DNA of 64,000 bases from Bacteroidales bacterium (GCA_034679225.1 JAXDBC010000076.1:19941-83940); one strand, 5' to 3'. Shown: positions 1-8,361, numbered from the stretch's first letter. A program made the numbers and translations. The notes: generated from the sequence alone by a model not told the origin.

Positions 1-2
1 AG

Positions 3-509
3 GCTATCAGGAAGGACCTCGACAAGTATCCTGTCGAAAAGATCAGTGGAAGTTCCGATCAGGAAAGCATAGTCAGGATACTGAGTAAATACGGAGTCAG
101 GAAAAATGACCGGGGTAAGGTGGAAGTGGGTATATGGGGCACCGGAACACCGCTCAGGGAATTCATGAACTCCAAGGACATGGCGGAAGCCTGTGTTTTT
201 ATAATGGAAAACATCGATGTAAAAGATATAACTGCAATACACACTGCCGGTGTCAGCGATCCTGAATATCATCCCCCTCATTTCCTTAATATTGGAACAG
301 GAGAGGAAATAAGCATCAGGGACCTTGCATACAAGATAAAGGCTCTTACCGGCTTTAGCGGCGAAGTTGCCTTTGACAGCAGCAAGCCCGACGGCACCAT
401 GCGAAAGGCAACGGATACTACTGCACTGAAGGGACTGGGGTACAAGCATAAAATCAGTCTGGATCAGGGCATTAGGAAAACTTATGAGGAGTACTTGAAG
501 TACAGATGA
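3..509 (+). CDS. fcl: GDP-L-fucose synthase (epimerase/reductase), C-terminal part; 5' end lies outside the window
   Basis: The frame is open from the window edge. Translation ...VGIWGTGTPLREFMNSKDMAEACVFIM...FLNIGTGEEISIRDLA...PDGTMRKATD matches the conserved C-terminal half of Fcl/WcaG-type SDR enzymes. Confidence 0.85.
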   Translation, partial: AIRKDLDKYPVEKISGSSDQESIVRILSKYGVRKNDRGKVEVGIWGTGTPLREFMNSKDMAEACVFIMENIDVKDITAIHTAGVSDPEYHPPHFLNIGTGEEISIRDLAYKIKALTGFSGEVAFDSSKPDGTMRKATDTTALKGLGYKHKISLDQGIRKTYEEYLKYR

Positions 510-512
510 AAA

Positions 513-560
513 GTCTTGCGGTCTTGCGGTCTTGCGGTCTTGCGGTCTTGCGGTCTTGCA
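513..560. repeat. Tandem octamer array, 6 units of GTCTTGCR
   Basis: Read directly: GTCTTGCG x5 then GTCTTGCA. It starts 4 nt after the fcl stop codon. Confidence 0.95.
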
Positions 561-605
561 AGTTGTGCGCTCGTGGAAGTTGTGAGGTTGCAGTCCATCA
601 ACCAT

Positions 606-965
606 TTATTTGCGGGGTTTGAGGTATTTCATGAGAACGCTGATGCTATTGATCAGGTTTTGGCATTTTTCTCTTCGTAAAAGAGCTGTCTCAGAGATAA
701 CATAGGATTGGTCCTCTGCGATATAATACATGTTCTTGACTTCACCAGAAGATCCCTTGGAAATATTTAGAAAATTACGGAATTCAGCATCACTATTTCT
801 GCAAAAACCTTCAGAAATATTGTTCATTATAGAAATCCCAGCACTTATAACCTGATTCCTAAAAGCAAAATCTTCACAATTTCTAAAATCAGTATAAATC
901 AGATTAACCAACTCCCTGGACATCTTCCAGATATCCAAGTCTTCAAAATTTTTTATTGTTGCCAT
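606..965 (-). CDS. Four-helix-bundle protein, 23S rRNA intervening-sequence / Avd-like family
   Basis: MATIKNFEDLDIWKMSRELV...ISEGFCRNSDAEFRNFLNISKGSSGEVKN is the typical signature of this family. The ATG at 965 is preferred over the upstream ATG at 989. Confidence 0.85.
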   Translation of the reverse strand: MATIKNFEDLDIWKMSRELVNLIYTDFRNCEDFAFRNQVISAGISIMNNISEGFCRNSDAEFRNFLNISKGSSGEVKNMYYIAEDQSYVISETALLRREKCQNLINSISVLMKYLKPRK

Positions 966-1045
966 TTTGCAGCTTTTAATGTAAGACATATTTATCCACC
1001 ACTAAAATAGCAATTATTCACCACAATTCTTCAGGATTTTCTGTC

Positions 1046-1176
1046 CGCACGACCGCACGACCGCAGGACTGCAGGACTGCAAGACTGCAAGACTGCAGGA
1101 CCGCAGGACCGCAAGACCGCAGGACTGCAAGACAACGACCGAAGGGAGTAAGACCGCGACCGAAGGGAGCCAGACC
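1046..1176. repeat. Tandem octamer array, 11 units of YGCAVGAC, followed by 2 copies of a ~20-nt unit CGACCGAAGGGAGnnAGACC
   Basis: Read directly. The units run CGCACGAC x2, CGCAGGAC, TGCAGGAC, TGCAAGAC x2, TGCAGGAC, CGCAGGAC, CGCAAGAC, CGCAGGAC, TGCAAGAC. This is the reverse complement orientation of the 513-560 array. Confidence 0.95.
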
Positions 1177-1177
1177 A

Positions 1178-1726
1178 TTACAGCTTTCTGAGAAAGGTCA
1201 TCGGTATGTTGATTATAACGTTTTGATCAAGCCGGTCAATGCGGACTACCACCCTGCTGTGCTTGCCAATCTTGATCAGTTCGCCGGTAAGTCCGATGAG
1301 TGATCCCCGAACCACCTCCACGTTGTCGCCCGGATCGAATTTTTCTGAGCTGACCTCTATTTCAGCATCGCTGTCAATTAGAAGACGCAGGTTGTCAATC
1401 TGTTTTTCCGGGATCGGAGCCGGCTGACCTTCAAATGTAACGAAACGTACTACGCCCGGAGCCTGGTATACTTTCAGGAATTCCAGGGGGGTAACTTTTA
1501 CGAATATATAGGACGAAAGAAGAGGGACTTCAACCAATTTTTTCCTGTCGCTCCAGATCCGGTAAGTCTTCTGTAGGGGAAGGAATACATTCACTCCCAC
1601 CTCCAACAGTCTGTCGCGGACCTGTTTCTCGGCTCTCGGATTGGTATAAACAGCAAACCATTTAGGTTCATGTTGTTTGAGGAAATGGTTTTTCGTAACA
1701 GTATTTCCGTTCTTTTTAGAGTCCAT
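1178..1726 (-). CDS. UpxY-family NusG-like transcription antiterminator
   Basis: KWFAVYTNPRAEKQV... forms an NGN domain, with a C-terminal KOW-like GDNVEVVRGSLIGLTGELIKI. The ATG at 1726 is preferred; the longer ORF starts on GTG at 1798. Confidence 0.85.
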   Translation of the reverse strand: MDSKKNGNTVTKNHFLKQHEPKWFAVYTNPRAEKQVRDRLLEVGVNVFLPLQKTYRIWSDRKKLVEVPLLSSYIFVKVTPLEFLKVYQAPGVVRFVTFEGQPAPIPEKQIDNLRLLIDSDAEIEVSSEKFDPGDNVEVVRGSLIGLTGELIKIGKHSRVVVRIDRLDQNVIINIPMTFLRKL

Positions 1727-1817
1727 GTCTGTTGCAAAAAAACCGCCCTTGTTCAGGACGGCTATCAAGTTTTTGTATTTCTTGTTTCTTCCGTGCACCG
1801 CTTACCGCGCACGGTTC

Positions 1818-2195
1818 TTATTTCTGTTTCATCTTTGCTTCCATCGACAGGGTGGCATGAGGTACAGCCCTCAGTCTTTCCTTTGAGATAAGCTTGCCGG
1901 TTTCACGGCAGACACCGTAGGTCTTGTTCTCAATCCTGATCAGAGCAGCCTGCAGGTGCTGGATGAATTTCAGCTGACGCTGGGCAAGCCTGCCGGCTTC
2001 TTCCTTGCTGAGCGTGGTGGCTCCTTCCTCAAGCACCTTGAAAGTGGGGGAAGTATCCATGGTATCGTTGCTCTCTTCGTGTGTAATACTTGATTTAAGA
2101 ATATCGTAATCTTTCTTGGCTTTATCAAGCTTTGCCAGGATGATCTGCCTGAATTCATCAAGTTCCTCATCCGTATATCTCGTCTTCACAGCCAT
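1818..2195 (-). CDS. TraR/DksA-family C4 zinc-finger protein
   Basis: It has a coiled-coil N-terminus and C-terminal ...IENKTYGVCRETGKLISKERLRAVPHATLSMEAK. It sits in the position after ileS that is typical in Bacteroidota. Confidence 0.8.
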   Translation of the reverse strand: MAVKTRYTDEELDEFRQIILAKLDKAKKDYDILKSSITHEESNDTMDTSPTFKVLEEGATTLSKEEAGRLAQRQLKFIQHLQAALIRIENKTYGVCRETGKLISKERLRAVPHATLSMEAKMKQK

Positions 2196-2303
2196 GGCAG
2201 TAAGTGTTTTGTTTATGGCGCAAAGGTACTTTTTTTAACGGAATAAAAAAATCATATTAGTCGTTCATTTTGAAGAAGGTAATTTAAGATGAAGAAGAGA
2301 TGT

Positions 2304-5300
2304 TCAACCATTCTTGATCACGGAAATCCTTATATTCATATCGTCTATCTCCACCTCCCGTACATTGCCCCTGGAGAAGTCGCTTACAACAGCCACCTTA
2401 GTGGCGAGCGTTTGCGATCCGATATAGTCTGCATGACGGTTCACTGCTTTGCTGATAAGATCATGATTCTCTATAAGGACGGTAATCTTGTCGGTGACAT
2501 CAAAACCGCTTTCCTTGCGTATGTTCTGGATCCGGTTGACAAACTCGCGCGCAATGCCTTCGTAACGCAATTCATCGGTAACGGTGACGTCGAGAGCAAC
2601 GGTAAGTTTGCCTTCGTTTGCAACCTGCCAACCGGGGATATCCTCTGAAATGATCTCAACATCGTCCCTGGTGAGAATGACTTCTTTACCTCCGATCAGA
2701 AGCGTATGACTGCCGGTCGTCTCAAGCGATGCAATATCCTGGCGCGTCATTGAAGCGATGGCTTTGCTGATGTCCTTCATCATCTTGCCGTACCTCGGAC
2801 CGAGTGTCCTGAAATCGGGTTTCACCTTTTTCACCAGAATGGACGAGGTATCGTCGATATACTCAACATCTTTCACGTTGACCTCGGCAAGTATCAGATC
2901 CTTCACAGCCTCGAACTTCTCCCTGAAATCTTTCTCGGTAAGGGGAACAATTATTCTGGCCAGGGGTTGGCGAACCTTTATGCTTACCTTTCGCCTGAGA
3001 CCGAGTATCATTGATGAAATAGCCTGGGCTATCGACATTCTCTCCTCAAGATCGCTGTTTATAAGAGCTTCGTCATAAGCGGGGAAAGGAGCCAGGTGCA
3101 CCGAGTCCTCAACGGCTTTCCCGGTGGTTAAATTCAAATCGCGGAACAGTTGGTCCATGTAGAACGGAGCAATGGGTGCAGCAAGCCGGCTGACCGTTTC
3201 AAGACAGCTGTAGAGAGTCTGGTAGGCAGCTATCTTGTCGTTGTCATAGTCACCGCCCCAGAAACGCTTCCTGTTAAGGCGGACGTACCAGTTGCTCAGG
3301 TTCTCTGTGACAAAATCCTGAATTGCCCTTCCGGCACGGGTAAGATCATAATTCTCATAGCAATTCCCGACTTCTTTCACAAGTGAGTTCAGCAGGGATA
3401 TGATCCAGCGGTCGATCTCGGGCCTGGTTTCAATTGGTATCTCATCCTCGGCATGCCTGAAATTGTCGATATTGGCATAGAGCGCGAAGAAGGAATATGT
3501 GTTGTAAAGGGTTCCGAAGAACTTCCTTTTCACCTCATCGATCCCCGAAGCATCGAATTTCAGGTTGTCCCAGGGTTGGGCATTGGTGAGAAGATACCAT
3601 CTGAGGGGATCGGATCCGTATTCGTTGATAATTTCAAAAGGATCGGCGGCATTACCAAGACGTTTCGACATCTTGTTGCCGTTTTTGTCAAGAACCAGTC
3701 CGTTTGATATGATGTTTTTGAATGAAACCGAATCCGATATCATTGTGGCTATTGCATGGAGGGTGAAGAACCAGCCTCTTGTCTGGTCTACACCTTCTGC
3801 AATAAAATCGGCAGGGAACATCTCGCTGAAATTCTCCCTGTTCTCGAAGGGATAGTGAGCCTGGGCATAGGGCATCGCACCGGAGTCGAACCACACGTCG
3901 ATCAGGTCTGGCTCACGGAACATCTTCTTTCCCGTCGGGCTGACCAGAATGATCTCGTCGACGAAGGGCCTGTGAAGATCAAATTTCATGTAGTTCTCAG
4001 CTGAATTGTCGCCCTCGGTGAAAGCCCCGAGAGGGTTCTTGTCCATAAATCCGGCAGCAATTGATTTATCGATCTCAGCTTTCAGTTCGGCCGCGGAACC
4101 TATGCATATTTCTTCTGTTCTGTCCTCCGTGATCCATATAGGCAGCGGTGTGCCCCAGAACCTGGAGCGTGAAAGGTTCCAGTCGACCAGGTTCTCAAGC
4201 CATTTGCCAAAGCGGCCGCTGCCTGTCGACCGCGGATTCCAGTTAATGGTGTTGTTAAGCTCGATCAGTCTATCCCGGAAGCTGGTAGTCCGGATAAACC
4301 AGGCATTCAGCGGATAGTAAAGAACCGGTTTGTCGGTCCTCCAGCAATGCGGGTAGCTGTGGAGCTGCTTCTCTATTCTGAAAACCTTGCCCTGCTGTTT
4401 GAGGCTTACAGCAATGTCGATATCTAGAGTGTCGGCATCCTGATGAATGGTGTCGTCATACTCATTCTTGACAGGTCTTCCCTCAAATCCCGTGTAGGAA
4501 GCGGTGTTAACCCTTTCCCTCACAAACTGTATGTCGAGATCCCTGATGGGAACCATATAACCTTTCTTGTCGACCATCGGACCCATGGTGCCGTCTTTTC
4601 TCTTCAGGATCATCCCGGGGATGCCGTTTTCCTTGCCTGCCCGGTAGTCGTCGGCTCCAAAGGTGGGAGCTATGTGAACAATGCCCGTACCATCCTCGGT
4701 TGTTACGAAATCGCCGATTATCACCCTGAAGGCGCCCGCGTCGGGTTTCACCCAGTCGATAAGCTGTTCGTAGTCTGTTCCCTCAAGAGAACTTCCCGGA
4801 AATTCATCCAGCACCCTGAAAGGAATCTTTTTGTCACCCTGTTTGTATTCGGAAAAATCCAGGGCCTTGTTCTCCGCGGGGAACATCGAATTTAAAAGGT
4901 CTTTTGCAATGATGACCGTTATCGGGGTTCCCGAATAAGGATTGAAACTGCGTACCCTGACATAGATAATGTCCTTACCTACTGCCAGTGCAGTGTTTGA
5001 AGGAAGTGTCCACGGGGTGGTTGTCCAGGCCATAATATGGACATCGGCGGTGTCGGTGTTCGTGTAAAGGAATTCCGATTTTTCATTTCTTATTACCCTG
5101 AACTGGGCGATACAAGTGGTATCCCTTACATCCCTGTAACAGCCCGGGAGGTTAAGCTCATGGGAACTCAGTCCGGTGCCGGCTGCAGGTGAGTACGGCT
5201 GAATGGTGTATCCCTGGTAGAGAACCCCTTTGTCGTAAAGCTGCTTAAGGAGCCACCAGAGGGTTTCAATATAGCGGTTGTCGTAAGTTATGTACGGATC

Positions 5301-5741
5301 ATCCATGTTTACCCAGTAACCCATCTTGCGGGTCAGTTCTTCCCACGTGTCGGTGTATTTCATCACATCGATCTTGCAGGCCTTGTTAAAGTCCTCGATG
5401 GATATCTTCGCACCGATATCTTCCTTCGTGATGCCAAGAGCCTTTTCCACACCCAGTTCGACGGGAAGACCGTGTGTATCCCATCCTGCCTTGCGTTTCA
5501 CCTCGTAGCCGCACTGAGCCTTGAAGCGGCAGATCGCATCCTTTATTGAGCGTGAGAGAACATGATGGATCCCCGGCATGCCGTTAGCCGAAGGAGGGCC
5601 CTCGTAGAACACGAATTCGCCTTTACCGTTAAGCTGACGCACACTCCTGCGGAATGTGTCATTGTCATCCCATACCTTCAGAATGTCCCTGTTTACCTGC
5701 GAGAGGTCCAGATTCTTATATTCCGGAAACCGTTTCCCCAT
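2304..5741 (-). CDS. ileS: Isoleucine--tRNA ligase
   Basis: 1145 aa. Class I signatures are PSANGMPGIHHVLSR (HIGH-type) and NKMSKRLGN (KMSKS), with a long editing-domain insertion. Confidence 0.97.
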   Translation of the reverse strand: MGKRFPEYKNLDLSQVNRDILKVWDDNDTFRRSVRQLNGKGEFVFYEGPPSANGMPGIHHVLSRSIKDAICRFKAQCGYEVKRKAGWDTHGLPVELGVEKALGITKEDIGAKISIEDFNKACKIDVMKYTDTWEELTRKMGYWVNMDDPYITYDNRYIETLWWLLKQLYDKGVLYQGYTIQPYSPAAGTGLSSHELNLPGCYRDVRDTTCIAQFRVIRNEKSEFLYTNTDTADVHIMAWTTTPWTLPSNTALAVGKDIIYVRVRSFNPYSGTPITVIIAKDLLNSMFPAENKALDFSEYKQGDKKIPFRVLDEFPGSSLEGTDYEQLIDWVKPDAGAFRVIIGDFVTTEDGTGIVHIAPTFGADDYRAGKENGIPGMILKRKDGTMGPMVDKKGYMVPIRDLDIQFVRERVNTASYTGFEGRPVKNEYDDTIHQDADTLDIDIAVSLKQQGKVFRIEKQLHSYPHCWRTDKPVLYYPLNAWFIRTTSFRDRLIELNNTINWNPRSTGSGRFGKWLENLVDWNLSRSRFWGTPLPIWITEDRTEEICIGSAAELKAEIDKSIAAGFMDKNPLGAFTEGDNSAENYMKFDLHRPFVDEIILVSPTGKKMFREPDLIDVWFDSGAMPYAQAHYPFENRENFSEMFPADFIAEGVDQTRGWFFTLHAIATMISDSVSFKNIISNGLVLDKNGNKMSKRLGNAADPFEIINEYGSDPLRWYLLTNAQPWDNLKFDASGIDEVKRKFFGTLYNTYSFFALYANIDNFRHAEDEIPIETRPEIDRWIISLLNSLVKEVGNCYENYDLTRAGRAIQDFVTENLSNWYVRLNRKRFWGGDYDNDKIAAYQTLYSCLETVSRLAAPIAPFYMDQLFRDLNLTTGKAVEDSVHLAPFPAYDEALINSDLEERMSIAQAISSMILGLRRKVSIKVRQPLARIIVPLTEKDFREKFEAVKDLILAEVNVKDVEYIDDTSSILVKKVKPDFRTLGPRYGKMMKDISKAIASMTRQDIASLETTGSHTLLIGGKEVILTRDDVEIISEDIPGWQVANEGKLTVALDVTVTDELRYEGIAREFVNRIQNIRKESGFDVTDKITVLIENHDLISKAVNRHADYIGSQTLATKVAVVSDFSRGNVREVEIDDMNIRISVIKNG

Positions 5742-5786
5742 CGGATCAATAAGTTAATGTTCCAAAACCGTTTTGAAAAAATCGCA

Positions 5787-5794
5787 CAAAGATA
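5787..5794 (-). promoter_or_regulatory. Candidate Bacteroidota -7 promoter box (TATCTTTG) for ileS
   Basis: The minus strand reads TATCTTTG, matching TAnnTTTG. A CTTG lies 20 nt upstream, and the box is 46 nt upstream of the ileS ATG. Confidence 0.4.
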
Positions 5795-5832
5795 GGAAAA
5801 AGGTGGAAAGGATACAAGATGTGAAGAAGATG

Positions 5833-6014
5833 AATGGGAGAATGGGAGACGGAGAGACCGCAAGACTGCAAGACTGCAAGACTGCAAGACACACTGCAGG
5901 ACAAAACGAAGGTTGCATCGGATGAATCCCCTCCTCGGAGGGGTGGGGGTGGGTTCTTGCACAGAGCACAGGGCAAAAGAACGGCATGCGGCTCGCGGCG
6001 TGCGGTAAGCGGCG
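5833..6014. repeat. Mosaic intergenic repeat element between divergent ileS and the rhodanese gene
   Basis: In order: AATGGGAG x2, ACGGAGAG, octamers CGCAAGAC/TGCAAGAC x4 plus TGCAGGAC, the conserved module GTTGCATCGGATGAATCCCCTCCTCGGAGGGGTGGGGGTGGGTTCTTG, CACAGAG/CACAGGG, and GAACGGCATGCGGCTCGCGGCGTGCGGTAAGCGGCG (GCGGYnn 7-nt periodicity). Confidence 0.95.
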
Positions 6015-6097
6015 AATTAACAGGCATTTTTGCCTTGTGAGAAATGTAAATTATAATAAAAGAAGAAAATCCTTTTCTTTGTATAAAAACAGATAGA

Positions 6098-6511
6098 ATG
6101 AGGCTCTGGGTGCTTGTTATAGTTTTGTTTATAAACCTTTTCCCGGCCGCGGGACAAGTGACCGATTCACTGAAATACATTTCCCTCGATCCTTATTATT
6201 TTCATTTACAGTATCTTAAAGAAGATTCTGCAATTCTGATAGATGTTAGACTGCCCTTCGAATTCAGGGGCAGGATAATTAAAAATGCAGTCAATATTCC
6301 CTCCTCAAGGGAGATGAAGAGGCTGACCGATACAATCACAAAGGATCGTCCTCTTTTGCTTTACTGCACCACGGACGACAGAAGCCGCAAGGCCGCGGAA
6401 CAGTTGTACGACCAGGGCTTCCGTAAACTTTATAATCTTGAGGGTGGTATCGTGGCATGGAGGAAGGAGAATATGCCGGTGACGAGGTGGAAGAAGAGAC
6501 GGAGGGACTAA
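6098..6511 (+). CDS. Rhodanese-like domain protein with signal peptide
   Basis: The N-terminus is hydrophobic (MRLWVLVIVLFINLFPAAGQ). The rhodanese active-site loop context is LLLYCTTDDRSRKAAEQL. Confidence 0.75.
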   Translation: MRLWVLVIVLFINLFPAAGQVTDSLKYISLDPYYFHLQYLKEDSAILIDVRLPFEFRGRIIKNAVNIPSSREMKRLTDTITKDRPLLLYCTTDDRSRKAAEQLYDQGFRKLYNLEGGIVAWRKENMPVTRWKKRRRD

Positions 6512-6520
6512 GGGACGATG

Positions 6521-6575
6521 GGGGAATGGGAGAAGAGGGGAATGGGAGAAGAGGAGACTTAGAGACTAGGGACGG
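6521..6575. repeat. 16-nt tandem duplication GGGGAATGGGAGAAGA x2 plus GAGACT/GGGAC tail
   Basis: Read directly after the rhodanese stop codon. It shares the AATGGGAG unit seen at 5833-5848 and, inverted, at about 11533-11545. Confidence 0.9.
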
Positions 6576-6621
6576 CTTGAAATAATTGAATACCTTTGTA
6601 AATAAATATTCAGACATAGAT

Positions 6622-7251
6622 ATGTTTTCAGGAATAGTGGAAGAAGCTGCGCCGGTCGTCAGTCTCGAGAAGGAGAAAGACAATCTGCACATTACGATGC
6701 GCTGCTCATTTGCCGATGAGCTCCGGATAGACCAGAGCATTTCGCATAACGGTGTTTGCCTTACGGTGGTAAGGAAAGACAAGGACACCTACACAGTTAC
6801 TGCCATAAAGGAGACGCTTGAGAAATCAAATCTCGGGCTTTTGAAACCGGGCGACAAGGTGAACCTCGAGCGAAGCACCAGGCTTGATGGCCGTCTCGAC
6901 GGACATATGGTACAGGGACATGTCGACCAGACTGCTGTCTGCACCGATGTCTCCGAAAGCGGCGGAAGCTGGTACTACACCTTTGAATACGAGCCCGCCA
7001 GGGAGGATTACATCACCGTCGAGAAAGGATCGGTGTCAGTTAACGGAGTAAGCCTCACCGTAGTCAATTCACAAGCAAAATCCTTCCAGGTCGCGATCAT
7101 TCCCTTCACCTGGGAAGTGACCAATTTTCATCAGATAAAAAAGGGTACGGTGGTCAATCTGGAATTTGATATACTGGGGAAATATATTGCTAAAATTGTA
7201 CGACAGATATTTGAGGCGCAGGACACAGGGCGCAAGACGCAGGGTGAATGA
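6622..7251 (+). CDS. ribE: Riboflavin synthase
   Basis: MFSGIVEE... plus duplicated lumazine-binding repeats (GVCLTVV / GVSLTVV). The ATG at 6622 is preferred; the longer ORF starts on TTG at 6586. Confidence 0.92.
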   Translation: MFSGIVEEAAPVVSLEKEKDNLHITMRCSFADELRIDQSISHNGVCLTVVRKDKDTYTVTAIKETLEKSNLGLLKPGDKVNLERSTRLDGRLDGHMVQGHVDQTAVCTDVSESGGSWYYTFEYEPAREDYITVEKGSVSVNGVSLTVVNSQAKSFQVAIIPFTWEVTNFHQIKKGTVVNLEFDILGKYIAKIVRQIFEAQDTGRKTQGE

Positions 7252-7275
7252 CGCTTTTCCATCCTGCGCCTTGCG
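7217..7275. terminator. Repeat-derived hairpin between convergent ribE and the PNPOx-like gene
   Basis: CGCAAGACGCAGG (7231-7243) is complementary to CCTGCGCCTTGCG (7263-7275) with one mismatch and a 19-nt loop. It is built from CGCAGGAC/CGCAAGAC octamers. There is no clean U-run. Confidence 0.4.
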
Positions 7276-7701
7276 TCATTTACTATTCTCCCATATCAAT
7301 TTCCTCCCAAATCCCAGCCTGTTATCCGTCATTTTAATATAGCTCAGCTTAACTATCCACGGACGCGTATCCATAAGCATCGCGACCGGGAAACGACGGA
7401 GGTAGGCATTACGGGCTGAAGAGGCCAGTTCGCCTTCAGGTTCGGAAACGATTCCCTGGAACTGAATGCCTCTTATCTTGCCGATTACATTGGTTTCAAG
7501 GACTACCGATCCGGCGACCTGTTTATTGATAAGGAATTCCTTTCCGTGTCGTGTATCGGGATCGGTGGTGAAGACCAGGGCGTTTTCTTCCTCGATGTAT
7601 ACATAAAAACAATTTGCGCACCATGGTCCGGCATCAGTCGATGTAGCTATGGTCAGGACATGGTGCTTCCTGAAGAACTTTTTTATCCTTTCGTCAATCA
7701 T
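7276..7701 (-). CDS. Pyridoxamine 5'-phosphate oxidase-like FMN-binding split-barrel protein (YhbP-like)
   Basis: MIDERIKKFFRKHHVLTIATS...CANCFYVY...ALVFTTDPDTRHGKE is a typical PNPOx-like pattern. The ATG at 7701 overlaps the ubiX stop by 8 nt. Confidence 0.75.
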   Translation of the reverse strand: MIDERIKKFFRKHHVLTIATSTDAGPWCANCFYVYIEEENALVFTTDPDTRHGKEFLINKQVAGSVVLETNVIGKIRGIQFQGIVSEPEGELASSARNAYLRRFPVAMLMDTRPWIVKLSYIKMTDNRLGFGRKLIWENSK

Positions 7702-8269
7702 CTTCCATCCAGTGATAGCTGTCTTCCACGAATCCGGCAAGAGTCAGAACGCGATCAACCACTGTCATCACCAGATCGGCGATCGTTGCCGGCTTGCTGT
7801 AAAATGAAGGACTGGCAGGGCATATTATTGCCCCGGCCTGGGTGAGCATCTCCATATTCCTGATATGAATAAGGTTATAGGGAGTCTCCCTGGGTACTAT
7901 TATCAGTCTGCGGCGCTCCTTCAGCATAACATCAGCCGCCCTGCAGATGAGATTGTCGGATATGCCGCCTGCAATACGGCCCAGCGTGCCCATCGACGAG
8001 GGACAGATTATCATGGTATCGAAGGCAGACGAACCGGATGCGAATGGCGAAAAAAAATTGTTGTTTTCGTAACTCTTCGCGGGAGGATGGGGCTCAAAGG
8101 GACTTCCAATCTCGTGCTTCCAGATATCCATGGCAGTATCGGAAAAAACCACCGCAACTTCGGAAGGAGGCTGTTTCAGGCTACATAATCTGTCTATCAG
8201 CTTACGTGCATATACCGAACCGCTTGCCCCGGTAACAGCCACTATTATTTCGCGTTTTGAATCAGTCAT
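7694..8269 (-). CDS. ubiX: Flavin prenyltransferase UbiX
   Basis: IIVAVTGASGSVYARKLIDRL ... PSSMGTLGRIAGGISDNLICRAADVMLKERRRLIIVPRETP is a strong UbiX/Pad1 signature. Confidence 0.92.
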   Translation of the reverse strand: MTDSKREIIVAVTGASGSVYARKLIDRLCSLKQPPSEVAVVFSDTAMDIWKHEIGSPFEPHPPAKSYENNNFFSPFASGSSAFDTMIICPSSMGTLGRIAGGISDNLICRAADVMLKERRRLIIVPRETPYNLIHIRNMEMLTQAGAIICPASPSFYSKPATIADLVMTVVDRVLTLAGFVEDSYHWMEDD

Positions 8270-8361
8270 ATACAATTAACAGTCAGGAATCAAAATTAGT
8301 ATTATACCGGCATATATGGATGCCGTGTTTAAGCTTTTCCGGGAAAGGACGTTTTTTTTGC

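Noticed and set aside
606-965. Avd-like four-helix-bundle gene as part of a diversity-generating retroelement
   Set aside because: No reverse transcriptase gene and no template/variable repeat pair are visible anywhere in the 64 kb. The family also has many non-DGR members.
513-1176. Octamer/heptamer arrays as CRISPR arrays
   Set aside because: The units are 7-8 nt and directly abutting with no spacers. CRISPR repeats are 23-50 nt and separated by unique spacers, and no cas genes are present in the window.
5941-5953. GGGGTGGGGGTGGG tract as a canonical G-quadruplex
   Set aside because: Only three runs of three or more Gs are present in each copy, so a standard four-run intramolecular G4 is not guaranteed. 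I mention it only as a testable possibility within the module finding.
5693-6180. ORFs of 77-144 aa on both strands across the ileS/rhodanese intergenic region
   Set aside because: They are translations of the tandem repeats and G/C-rich modules (runs such as LQSCSLAVLRSL). They are low-complexity and mutually overlapping in several frames, so they are not credible genes. The same applies to the ORFs at 47875-48238, 19761-19949, 63709-63894 and 11644-11913.
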